From NCBI GenBank assembly GCA_965261385.1, contig CBDHDB010000002.1, positions 2,813,096 to 2,877,095 of the forward strand: a stretch of DNA of 64,000 nt, read 5' to 3'. The notes beneath the pieces were generated by a model. That model worked only from the letters and a program-made list of their open reading frames with translations. It searched no databases and was not told where the DNA came from. This document shows, in pieces, positions 18,742-27,585 of the stretch. Source of the stretch: Dehalococcoidia bacterium (GTDB taxonomy: Bacteria > Chloroflexota > Dehalococcoidia > Lucifugimonadales > Australimonadaceae). The number at the start of each line of letters is the position of its first letter. The first letter of the stretch is position 1. A program made the position numbers and the translations under genes.

Positions 18742-20016
18742 CTACGCGAACGGCTTCTCTATGACTTCGTAATCTCCAAGGAACTTGTATGGAGGTATTC
18801 CTTCAACGATGTCTACTTCGCCGTTTGAATACTCTGCATGGGTGATGGACTTGGTCCATCCCGGCAAAGGCTTGTCGGTGTATGGGTTTGAGTAGAATTC
18901 TGCTTTTGCTCTTGTTATCGTCCAAGGATACAGGTCGGAAAACGCTATCACTCCCATGACATGTCGATTCTGAGGCCCTGAGTTGTTGGCCCAAAATCCG
19001 TCGTTCCTTCGGCTAGAGAAGGGACTTTGAAACGTTTCAGCGTTTGCTAGGTGTACGTACGAACTAGACCCTAGTCTACCCAACAGCGCTTCGTCCAGGC
19101 GGTCATCGGTACGGTCACGACGCATGGCGATTATCATGTTTTCCGCGATCTTGTGATGTCGCGCCTTTTCATAGAGCCGAGTCTTCGTCCTGCCTATGTC
19201 GTCGACGGGACTTACTCTAGACGGATATCGCCATATAAACCTTCCAGCTCTTGGACGGTTCTCTGGTAGAACCGGAATCAGCCGACTCATCAGTGTCCAG
19301 TTCCCATGATGAAATGAGCTTGTCGCGAGCAGGTTGGGATTTTGACCACAAAGCATGTAAGAGCGAAGCTAGTCGTTATAGTCCGTCTCCCTTATCAGTT
19401 CTTCGAAGTGGCATTTCAGTTGCTGTTTGGTAGGGAGTGATTCCAATTTCCCTTGGGTTTCGAGGTGCAAGACAAAGTCAGGCAAAGAAATCTCATTCAG
19501 GGTGTCCCAAACCGACAGTTCTAGTTGGTCCCTTTCCAAGGCGGTGCCACTTTCCAAATCGATGTTGGTGGCTTCAACTACGTAAATGAATTGAGTTCCA
19601 TCTTGGACGTTCACCTGAACTCTAAAATCTAGTAGGTGGCTCCTAAGAGAAGGTTGGGCCTCCACCGGATCGCCTGTACCATTCAAGAATTCATGCAAAA
19701 ACAGCTCAAAGAATGCAGCATAAAAGGCCTTGTCATTTATTCTTGATCCAGGTCCTTTGTGGCGCATGGGGCCTACAAGCATGCGCTGGTGCTCGGACGG
19801 GAATCGGTCGACCCAACGCTGAAGCATAGACCGCACTCGTTCATATTCAGGGAGCGAAGAACGATCGAGAAAAGCGTAGACTGACTCAACGCTGCGCGAT
19901 GGTTCGATGTAGTCCCTGGGTTTGTCGTCGAATAGTCGGACTATGAGATTTCTCCAAATGACAAAGGCGCTTGTACTCCGCTCCCGCCAGCACTCCCACG
20001 ATAGTTCTACAAGCCG
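18742..20016 (-). pseudogene. Decayed low-GC gene of unknown function (in-frame TAG at 19369-19371, no start codon for the upstream 60 codons)
   Basis: ORFs 19369..19836 and 18742..19356 are in the same frame, separated by a single TAG. The frame stays open upstream to 20016 without an ATG, GTG or TTG. GC content is clearly lower than in the flanks. Confidence 0.45.
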
Positions 20017-20099
20017 TTATATTACATTGATAAGCATGGGAACAGAGTCAGCGGGCATGAGGGTCTCAGTCGTGACAGACCTTTGCATGGTGGGGACTA

Positions 20100-20815
20100 C
20101 GACCGGTTGCGGGCGAACGCTTTTCCTCCCCCGAGCGTCGCTGCGCTGGCGCGTCCCCTCTCGCAGACGGGCGGGGTTTCCTGGATTCCCGTTTTCGCGG
20201 GAACGACGGGTGGGGGGAGGGGTGCTGACGGCGGGCGAACGTTTCTCCCTCACCCGCGCTGCGCGCGACCTCTCCCGCTGGGAGAGGTGAGGGGCTGCGA
20301 GGTTCCCGCCTGCGCGGGAATGACGGGAGGGCGCCGGGATGACGGAGGGGCGCGGGAGGGGAGGCTGCGAGGTTCCCGCCTTCGCGGGAATGACGGGTTG
20401 GGTTTGGGGTGACGGGGGTAGTTGCGGGCGGGGCGTTCTCCTTCCCCGCGCTTCGTTGCGCTGGCGCGTCCCCTCCCGCAGACGGGCGGGGGGTTCCTGG
20501 GTTCCCGCTTTCGCGGGAATCTCTCACGTTGGCCTATCGGCCAACACCACAACCGACGAAAATAGGGGCTGGAGGACGGAGCGAGGGATCGCGGTGCTGT
20601 CGCCCCGCTACGAGGTTCCCGCCTGCGCGGGAATGACGGAAGGGGGCGTGGGTGGCGGGGGTTAGTTGCGGGCGAACGCTTCTCCTCCCCCGCGTTTCGC
20701 TGCGCTGGCGCCTCCCCTCCCGCAGACGGGCGGGGAGGGCTGCGAGGTTCCCGCCTGCGCGGGAATGACGGAAAGGGCGCGGGAATGACGGAAAGGGCGC
20801 GGGAAATGACGGGAG
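20100..20815 (+). repeat. Dense cluster of six composite hairpin-repeat units
   Basis: Cores at 20183 (variant), 20299, 20369, 20499 (truncated), 20612 and 20744, plus extra gcgggaatgacgg partial copies. The modules between cores are themselves repeated elsewhere in the window. Confidence 0.9.
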
Positions 20816-20828
20816 GGGGGCGGGGGCC

Positions 20829-22886
20829 ATGGGGGTTGGCGGGGTGTACAATCTCGGCGTGGCAAGGCTCTACCGCTACTCCCGGTGGGACGGTTCTCAG
20901 GAGCCGTTCGAAGCCGATGCCGGAGCGCTCCTCGATGCTATGGCCGAGGACGTCATCGACCACGGCGATGTTCGCCGCGCTCTCCGCGACCTCCTCCGGC
21001 GCGGCGCCGACGGCGAGGACACGCGCCTTCCCGGTCTTCAGGACCTCCTCGACCGCCTGGGCTCGCGCCGCAGGGAGACGCTCGACCGGTACGACATGGA
21101 CTCCGTGATGCGCGACCTGAAGGAGCGCCTCGACGACGTTCTCCAGACCGAGCGGGCGGGCACGGACCGCCGGCTCGGCGAGATCGAGCAGGACCTCGCC
21201 CGCATGAGTGATGAGGAGGCGGAGCAGGCCGGCAAGCTGCGCGACCTCTTCCGCCAGCGGGCCGACCGCAACCGCGAACGTCTCGATCAGCTCCCCCCGA
21301 GCACGGCGGGCGCCCTGCGCGAGCTCCAGGACTTCGACTTCATCGACCCGGAGGCGCAGCGGAAGTTCCAAGAGCTCATGGACGAGCTCCGCAAGGAGAT
21401 GCTCGGCTCCGTCGCCTCCGAGATGCGGCAGCAGATAGAGAACATGGACCCCGAGCAGATGGCCCAGATGCGCGAGATGCTGCGGGACCTGAACCAGATG
21501 ATGCGGGACAAGCTCGCCGGTCTAGAGCCCGACTTCGAGGGCTTCATGGACAAGTGGGGCCCCATGTTCGGAGACGATCCGCCGCGCAGCTTCGACGAGC
21601 TGATGGAGATGCTCGCGCGCCAGATGGGGCAGATGCAGTCGCTCCTCGACAGCATGTCCCCGGAGCAGCGTCGCGAGCTGTTCGAGGCGATGAACTCCGC
21701 CATGGACGGCGACACCGCCGGGGAGCTGGCCGAGCTGGCCGCGAACCTGGGCCAGCTGATCCCGTTCGACGACTTCTCGGAGCAGTACCCGTTCATGGGC
21801 GAGGAGAACCTCACCCTCGAACAGGCGATGAACGTCATGGGCGAGATGCAGTCGATGGACGACCTGGAAGCGCAGATCCAGCAGGCGATGCGCCGGGGCG
21901 ACCTCGACGAGCTGGACGCCGACATGCTCGAAACGATCCTCGGTGAGGAGGCCCGCCAAGACCTGGACCGGCTCGCGGAGATGGCGAAGCGGCTGGAAGA
22001 GGCGGGCTACCTGCGGCGGAACGGCGACCGCCTGGAGCTGACCCCGGCAGGCGTGCGGAAGATCGGTCAGAAGGCGCTGCGCGACCTCTTCGGCGACCTC
22101 CGCAAGGGGCGCGGGGGCGACCACGAGCTAACGCTGCGGGGCTCCGGCGGCGAGCACACGGACGAGACCAAGCCCTACGAGTTCGGCGATCCGCTGGAGA
22201 TTCACCTGCACCGCACCATCATGAACGCCATCGAGCGCCAAGGCGTCGGGACGCCCGTCAAGATCGGCATCGAGGACTTCGAGGTGAAACGCACCGAGCA
22301 CATGGTGCAAGCCGCCACGGTCCTGCTCATCGACCAGAGCCGGTCGATGGGGCTGTTCGGCTCCTGGGGCGCGGCCAAGCGGGTGGCGCTGGCGTTGGAG
22401 GCGCTCATACGCGGGAAGTTCCCCCGCGACCGCTTCTGGATGCTCGGCTTCTCGGACTACGCGGTCCCCATCAGCGCCGACGACCTCCCGACGCTCTCGT
22501 GGAACGCGTGGGTGTCCGGCACGAACATGCAGCACGCCTTCGCGATGTCACGCCGTCTGCTCGCCCCCTACAAGGACTGCTCCAAGCAGATCCTGATGAT
22601 CACGGACGGCGAGCCCACGGCCCACCTAGAAGGGACGCGGGCCTACTTCAACTATCCGCCGACGTACCGCACCATCCAGGAGACGCTGCGGGAGGTCCGC
22701 CGCTGCACCACCGAGGGCATCACCATCAACACGTTCATGCTGGAGACGAGCTACTACCTCCTCGACTTCATCGACCACGTGACGCGGATAAACAACGGCC
22801 GGGCGCTGTATACGTCGCCGTCCAACCTGGGGCAGTACGTGCTGGTGGACTATCTGAACAATCGGAAGCGTCGGGTGGTTAGTTAG
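20829..22886 (+). CDS. VWA domain-containing protein with a long acidic coiled-coil region (MoxR/CoxE-associated type)
   Basis: N-terminus YRYSRWDGSQ. The C-terminal VWA fold has the MIDAS-like motif DQSRSM. The start is uncertain (ATG 20829, GTG 20844 or GTG 20859) and lies inside the edge of the repeat cluster. Confidence 0.8.
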   Translation: MGVGGVYNLGVARLYRYSRWDGSQEPFEADAGALLDAMAEDVIDHGDVRRALRDLLRRGADGEDTRLPGLQDLLDRLGSRRRETLDRYDMDSVMRDLKERLDDVLQTERAGTDRRLGEIEQDLARMSDEEAEQAGKLRDLFRQRADRNRERLDQLPPSTAGALRELQDFDFIDPEAQRKFQELMDELRKEMLGSVASEMRQQIENMDPEQMAQMREMLRDLNQMMRDKLAGLEPDFEGFMDKWGPMFGDDPPRSFDELMEMLARQMGQMQSLLDSMSPEQRRELFEAMNSAMDGDTAGELAELAANLGQLIPFDDFSEQYPFMGEENLTLEQAMNVMGEMQSMDDLEAQIQQAMRRGDLDELDADMLETILGEEARQDLDRLAEMAKRLEEAGYLRRNGDRLELTPAGVRKIGQKALRDLFGDLRKGRGGDHELTLRGSGGEHTDETKPYEFGDPLEIHLHRTIMNAIERQGVGTPVKIGIEDFEVKRTEHMVQAATVLLIDQSRSMGLFGSWGAAKRVALALEALIRGKFPRDRFWMLGFSDYAVPISADDLPTLSWNAWVSGTNMQHAFAMSRRLLAPYKDCSKQILMITDGEPTAHLEGTRAYFNYPPTYRTIQETLREVRRCTTEGITINTFMLETSYYLLDFIDHVTRINNGRALYTSPSNLGQYVLVDYLNNRKRRVVS

Positions 22887-22898
22887 GGGTTGGCGAAT

Positions 22899-23048
22899 AT
22901 GGACTCGCCCAAGGACAAACCCGAAATCGACACTGCCGACCGGCGCCCCATAGGGTTGGGCAAGGGCTTGGCGGAGCTCCGCGATTCCTTCTTCGAGCCG
23001 TTGCCTGATGAGTTGCTTGATTTGTTCGAGGGGAAGGGCGAGTCTTAG
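22899..23048 (+). CDS. short antitoxin-like ORF (49 aa)
   Basis: The C-terminal motif GLGKGLAELRDSFFEPLPDELLDLFEG resembles the tail of PIN-associated antitoxins. No intact toxin follows it. Confidence 0.3.
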   Translation: MDSPKDKPEIDTADRRPIGLGKGLAELRDSFFEPLPDELLDLFEGKGES

Positions 23049-23293
23049 GGAGGCTAGTCCCCATATCTGAGCGGGTGCCTAATCCAGGCGTGCGCGGGGA
23101 CGCCACTTTCGTTTTTAGCCTTCCGCTGCCTGGAGACCTTGCAGTCGTACAGGGGGTTTCTCGTAGGCGGCCTCCAGGCCGGCCAAACCTTAACCTGGCG
23201 CTCATTGACCGGGGGGCGGGGCAGCCGTAGAGTGGGGATGTCGGGTGGAGCGCAGGAAGTCTCTTTCCTGGGTCTCCCCCAAGGGGAAGCAGA

Positions 23294-23647
23294 TTGCGTA
23301 GACATGCCTTCGGTAAGGAGTTTGAGCTTAAGAAGCTACCTCTCGACTGCGAGCTAACCCGATTCGGCTGGCTGTTCGGGGCCTCGCGGCAGTGGCGCGG
23401 GGGCGATGGGCTCCACGTTCGAGAGTACGGAGGGAACCTCCTCGCGCACTATGACCGGGTCGACCCACGGCGCAACATGGTGGGGCACTGGATCGTGGAC
23501 GCGCCTTTTGAGCTAGCCGTCGGCAGCGCCGGACTCGTCGGAATGCTGGCGAGCTTCACCATCAGCGCAGGCGCGACGCTGGCCTGGATCACGGCGACTA
23601 TCGTCACGTCCATCACGGCGAGCGCTCTCGGTCGCACGCGCTTCTAG
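23294..23647 (+). CDS. hypothetical protein with a hydrophobic C-terminus
   Basis: ORF only. No family was recognised and the start is uncertain. Confidence 0.25.
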   Translation: MRRHAFGKEFELKKLPLDCELTRFGWLFGASRQWRGGDGLHVREYGGNLLAHYDRVDPRRNMVGHWIVDAPFELAVGSAGLVGMLASFTISAGATLAWITATIVTSITASALGRTRF

Positions 23648-23717
23648 CGTTCGCCGGTTTGACGCTCCCTGCGTATCCCGATACTGCGAGCTATGTCAGA
23701 GGAGGGGGGCAGTTGAG

Positions 23718-23939
23718 ATGAACCTTCCAGTAAGCGGCAAGGGGCATGACGATTCCTCGACGGCGCAGGGCGATATTGTTCGGGAATGGGGGTCGCCCAC
23801 GGGTCTCGATGAGTGCCAAGAGCTCATAGATGACTTGGCCGCAGCCCAACAGGCGCTCGCAGAGTATGAAGCCGCTGGCGTAGAGGGCGCTATTCCCTAT
23901 AGCGAGTACAAGGCAAAGCGCCTTGGAACGAAGTCCTGA
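23718..23939 (+). CDS. putative antitoxin of the RelE/ParE module
   Basis: 73-aa ORF overlapping the downstream toxin by 17 nt, which is typical TA organisation. Confidence 0.6.
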   Translation: MNLPVSGKGHDDSSTAQGDIVREWGSPTGLDECQELIDDLAAAQQALAEYEAAGVEGAIPYSEYKAKRLGTKS

Positions 23940-24195
23940 GTACGAGCTGCACATAGCTCCTCGCGCTCAACGTGAGCTCGAACGCCTGCCGCTCACGGAC
24001 TATGAACGGGTGGACGAGCGCATTGGGCCGCTCGCGCAAAACCCACGTCCTCATGGTGCCGCCAAGCTCTGGGACAAGGCCTACCGGATACGCATTGGCC
24101 CGTGGAGAGTCATCTACATCGTCGATGACGCCAAACGAGTTGTAGTGATAACCGGCGTCCTACGGAGGGAGAAGGACACCTATCGTTTGACGTAG
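23923..24195 (+). CDS. type II toxin, RelE/ParE family
   Basis: 90 aa with the pattern ...AQRELERLP...YRIRIGPWRVIYIVDDAKRVVVITGV.RR, typical of RelE/StbE. Confidence 0.85.
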   Translation: MERSPEYELHIAPRAQRELERLPLTDYERVDERIGPLAQNPRPHGAAKLWDKAYRIRIGPWRVIYIVDDAKRVVVITGVLRREKDTYRLT

Positions 24196-24235
24196 CTCTC
24201 TCGATACGAGACATCGCCTAACTGCCCGACGTCGG

Positions 24236-24310
24236 GGATCCGGGGGCGAGGTTCCCGCCTGCGCGGGAATGACGGGAGAGAGCGAGAATGACGGGGCGAG
24301 CGGGGATAGC
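24236..24310 (+). repeat. Composite hairpin repeat (core 24248-24275)
   Basis: Exact core GAGGTTCCCGCCTGCGCGGGAATGACGG followed by a partial gagaatgacgg. Confidence 0.85.
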
Positions 24311-24399
24311 GGGAAGGTTGCGGGCGTGACGGGCGGGGCTTGCGGGGGACGGCTTGGGCTCCTTATACTCAATCGCACAACAGAAGACCGCGACCGACC

Positions 24400-24507
24400 T
24401 TTAAATCCAGTCCTGTGAGGCTGGCAAGGCAGGGACCGGGGCCGTGGATGTTCGCGTCCAGGGCCTGATTACGAGACCTCTTTGCCAGCGGCTGAGAGGT
24501 TTTTTTC
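24400..24507 (+). promoter_or_regulatory. PyrR-binding leader/attenuator of the pyr operon
   Basis: aaAUCCAGuccugugAGGCUgg resembles the PyrR binding loop. It is followed by the hairpin acctct...agaggt and a T7 run that abuts the pyrR TTG start. The GAGAGG RBS lies within the 3' arm of the hairpin. Confidence 0.6.
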
Positions 24508-25059
24508 TTGCCCGACGAGCGCCAGATACTGACAAGCGACGACATGCGGCGCGTGATTAGCCGCATCGCTCACGAGATCGTCGAGCGCAATCACGGCGCC
24601 GCCGACCTGCTGCTCGTCGGGCTCCAGCGTCGCGGAGTGCCGCTGGCGAACCGCATCGCCGCCGCCATCGCCACCTTCGAGGGCGCCGACGTTCCGGTCG
24701 GATCGCTCGACATCAATCTCTACCGGGACGACCTCACGAGCCGTCCCCAGCCCTTGGTGAGGCCGACGGAGTTCCCCGTCGGCGTGGACGGCAAGATCGT
24801 CGTCCTGGTGGATGACGTCTTCTACACGGGCCGCACCGTGCGGGCCGCCCTCAACGCGCTGATGGACCTGGGCAGGCCGCGTGCGGTCCAGCTGGCCGTC
24901 ATGGTCGATCGGGGCCACCACGAACTGCCCATCCGGGCCGACTACGTGGGCAAGAACGTGCCCACGAGCCTGAACGAAGAAATACAGGTACGTGTCGCCG
25001 AGTTCGACGCCACTGAAGAGGTGGCGCTGGTCAGGCACGACCGGCGGGTGCTGTCATGA
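24508..25059 (+). CDS. pyrR: bifunctional pyr operon regulator/uracil phosphoribosyltransferase PyrR
   Basis: 183 aa with the PRPP-binding motif [13 protein letters not shown]. It is the first gene of the pyr operon. Confidence 0.9.
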   Translation: MPDERQILTSDDMRRVISRIAHEIVERNHGAADLLLVGLQRRGVPLANRIAAAIATFEGADVPVGSLDINLYRDDLTSRPQPLVRPTEFPVGVDGKIVVLVDDVFYTGRTVRAALNALMDLGRPRAVQLAVMVDRGHHELPIRADYVGKNVPTSLNEEIQVRVAEFDATEEVALVRHDRRVLS

Positions 25060-25114
25060 CGACGAACGCTCCGCCCCCCTCCTCAATCCTCCCCCGGACG
25101 GAGAGGGAGGACAG

Positions 25115-26251
25115 ATGAACCCTCCTCTGCATGAGGGACACGTGCAAGGGGAAGGGGGACAGACGAACCAGCGGCGCAAGCACATCCTCGACCTCGACGA
25201 CTTTTCGCGCGAGGAGATTGTGGGCGTGCTCGACCTCGCCGAGGCGATGCGCGAGCTGCTGGGGCGCAGCATCAAGAAGGCGCCGTCGCTGCGGGGGAAG
25301 GTCGTCATCACGGTGTTCCTCGAACCGAGCACGCGGACGCGGGTCTCGTTCGAGCAGGCGGGGAAGATGCTCAGCGCGGACGTCATCAACGTTAGCGGGT
25401 CGGGCAGCAGCGCGGAGAAGGGCGAGTCGCTCCTCAACACGGCGCTCACGCTCCAGGCGATGCGCGCGGACCTCATCGTCATTCGCAGCCCGCACTCGGG
25501 CGCGCCCTACTTCCTCGCCAGGAATCTCGAACGCGCGGGCGTCGTGAATGCAGGCGACGGCCGCCACGCCCACCCGACGCAGGCGCTCCTCGACCTAATG
25601 ACGATGCGGCATCACATGGGCGACCTCGACGGCAAGAAGGTCGTACTCGTGGGCGACTCGCTGCACAGCCGCGTCGCGCGGTCGGACATCTTCGGACTGA
25701 CCGCAATGGGCGCTTCGGTCGTGCTCTCCGGGCCTCCAACGATGATTCCGCTCGACCTGCTCAAGGGCGGCCCCCTCCCGGCCTCCCCCGCAGACGGGGG
25801 AGGAGATCAGAAGGGGCCGCGAGGTTCCCGCCTTCGCGGGAATGACGGCGGCGGCGGGAATGACGGAGGAACCCGCGGGAATGACGGGGGCGGCAGGAAT
25901 GACGGAGGAGCCCCTGGCCTCACGGTCGAGCCTGACCTCGACGCCGCGATAGAGGACGCCGACGCGGTCATCGCCTTGCGCGTCCAGAAGGAGCGTCAAG
26001 AGGCAGGGATGCTGCCGAGCATGCGCGAATACACGCGCCGCTGGATGATTTCGGAGGCCAGGCTCCGCCGGGCCAAGCCGGGGGCGCTGCTCATGCACCC
26101 GGGCCCGATGAACGAGGGCGTCGAGATTGCGTCCTCCTTGGCGCACGGGCCCGGCGCGCAAATCGAGGAGCAGGTCACGAACGGCGTGGCGATTCGGATG
26201 GCGCTGCTTTACCAACTACTCACCGGCGCGCAAGAAGAGGCTTCCGAGTGA
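25115..26251 (+). CDS. pyrB: aspartate carbamoyltransferase catalytic subunit with a roughly 52-codon repeat-derived insertion
   Basis: Motifs STRTR, HPTQ and LRVQKERQ. The ATG at 25115 is preceded by GAGGGAGG. The longer ORF from 24992 overlaps pyrR and is unlikely to be real. Confidence 0.9.
   Translation: MNPPLHEGHVQGEGGQTNQRRKHILDLDDFSREEIVGVLDLAEAMRELLGRSIKKAPSLRGKVVITVFLEPSTRTRVSFEQAGKMLSADVINVSGSGSSAEKGESLLNTALTLQAMRADLIVIRSPHSGAPYFLARNLERAGVVNAGDGRHAHPTQALLDLMTMRHHMGDLDGKKVVLVGDSLHSRVARSDIFGLTAMGASVVLSGPPTMIPLDLLKGGPLPASPADGGGDQKGPRGSRLRGNDGGGGNDGGTRGNDGGGRNDGGAPGLTVEPDLDAAIEDADAVIALRVQKERQEAGMLPSMREYTRRWMISEARLRRAKPGALLMHPGPMNEGVEIASSLAHGPGAQIEEQVTNGVAIRMALLYQLLTGAQEEASE
25765..25920 (+). 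repeat. Composite hairpin repeat inserted in frame in pyrB (core 25821-25848 plus three gggaatgacgg partial copies)
   Basis: cctcccccgcagacgggggagg plus GAGGTTCCCGCCTTCGCGGGAATGACGG, translated as ...PADGGGDQKGPRGSRLRGNDGGGGNDGGTRGNDGGGRNDGG... Confidence 0.85.
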
Positions 26252-27585
26252 GCCGCGCCATCCTCATCAAGGGCGCCCGGCTCATCGACCCCGCCGCCGG
26301 GACCGATGGCGTGGGCGACCTGCTCCTGCAGGACGGCCGCATCCAGGCGTCCGGGGCCGCCCCGCCCAGCGACGCGCTGGTCGTCGACGGCTCGGGCCTG
26401 GTCGCCGTGCCGGGGTTCATCGACCTGCACACGCACCTGCGGGAGCCGGGATTCGAGGACAAGGAGTCGATCGCGACGGGAACGGCCGCCGCCGCCGCGG
26501 GCGGCTTCACGACGGTCTGCGCCATGCCCAACACGGAGCCAGCCATCGACTCGGCGACGGTCGTCGATTTCATCGCGCAGCAAGCGAGGTTGGCGGGGCC
26601 GGTGCGCGTGCTCTCGTTCGGCGCCGTCTCCAAGGGACGGAAGGGCGTCGAGCTTACGGACATGGAGGAGCTCGCCAAGGCGGGAGTCGTGGGCTTCACC
26701 GACGACGGCAGCCCCGTCGCCACGGGTCATCTGATGGAGATGGCGCTGCTCTACGCCGGCCAGCTTGGTCTGCCCATCATGGACCACTGTGAAGACCACA
26801 CCATCACCAAGGGTCTCGGCATGAACGAGGGCCCGGTGGCCTCGCGGTTGGGTCTCGCGGGCTATCCCGCGGCGGCGGAGGAGTCGCTGATCGCCCGAGA
26901 CATCGCGGTGCTGGGGCTGACCGGCGGTCGCTTCCACGTCGCGCACCTGAGCACGGCGGGGAGCGTCGAGATGGTGAGAGCGGCCAAGAAGCGCGGACTA
27001 AACGTGACCGCAGAGGTCACGCCATCCCATCTGACGATGACCGACGAGTGGGTGCTCGGCACGCAGGGCCGCACGTCGAGCGCGCAGGCGTTGACCGCAG
27101 TCGCCTACGAGACGCGGGCCAAGGTGAGCCCGCCGCTGCGCTCGGACTTCGACCGCGAAGCGCTCATCGAAGGCCTGCGCGACGGCACGATCGACGCCAT
27201 CGCGACGGACCATGCTCCGCATACCTTCGGGGACAAGGCGGTCCCCTTCGACGAGGCGGCAGTGGGCATCTCGGTGCTGGAAACAGCGTTCGCGTCGCTG
27301 ATAGGGCTCGTTCACGCGGGGGCCATCGACCTGCCGACGCTCGTCGCGCGCCTCACAACGGGGCCTGCCGACGTACTCGGGGAACGTTTCGCCGGACTCG
27401 CCACGCTTGAGGAAGGGACACCGGCCGACGTGACGCTGTTCGACCCAGACGAGAGCTGGGTCGTCGACCCCGCTACGTTCGCTTCGAAAGGGAAGAACAC
27501 GCCGCTCGCGGGCGCCGCGTTGAAAGGGAAGGTGAAGATGACCATCGCGGACGGGCAAATCGCCTACGACGGCATCGGCCTATGA
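26248..27585 (+). CDS. pyrC: dihydroorotase
   Basis: 445 aa with the metal-binding motif DLHTHLR. The GTG start overlaps the pyrB stop. Confidence 0.9.
   Translation: MSRAILIKGARLIDPAAGTDGVGDLLLQDGRIQASGAAPPSDALVVDGSGLVAVPGFIDLHTHLREPGFEDKESIATGTAAAAAGGFTTVCAMPNTEPAIDSATVVDFIAQQARLAGPVRVLSFGAVSKGRKGVELTDMEELAKAGVVGFTDDGSPVATGHLMEMALLYAGQLGLPIMDHCEDHTITKGLGMNEGPVASRLGLAGYPAAAEESLIARDIAVLGLTGGRFHVAHLSTAGSVEMVRAAKKRGLNVTAEVTPSHLTMTDEWVLGTQGRTSSAQALTAVAYETRAKVSPPLRSDFDREALIEGLRDGTIDAIATDHAPHTFGDKAVPFDEAAVGISVLETAFASLIGLVHAGAIDLPTLVARLTTGPADVLGERFAGLATLEEGTPADVTLFDPDESWVVDPATFASKGKNTPLAGAALKGKVKMTIADGQIAYDGIGL

Noticed and set aside
20100-20815. CRISPR array, because of a repeated 28-nt hairpin with a type I-E-like design
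   Set aside because: Spacing is irregular (70-132 nt). The inter-repeat segments are themselves repeated elsewhere in the window. Single copies are scattered through genes and intergenic regions. No leader or cas genes are present in the window.
20250-21371. 373-aa minus-strand ORF across the repeat array. Also the 224-aa minus-strand ORF at 49645..50319.
   Set aside because: They are read-through of stop-poor repeat units (peptides such as SFPRRREPRS and VIPAQAGTSQP recur) and overlap real genes. They are not credible proteins.
24992-25114. Upstream start for pyrB giving a 419-aa protein
   Set aside because: It would overlap the pyrR 3' end by 68 nt and read through a repeat-like segment. 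The ATG at 25115 has a strong RBS.
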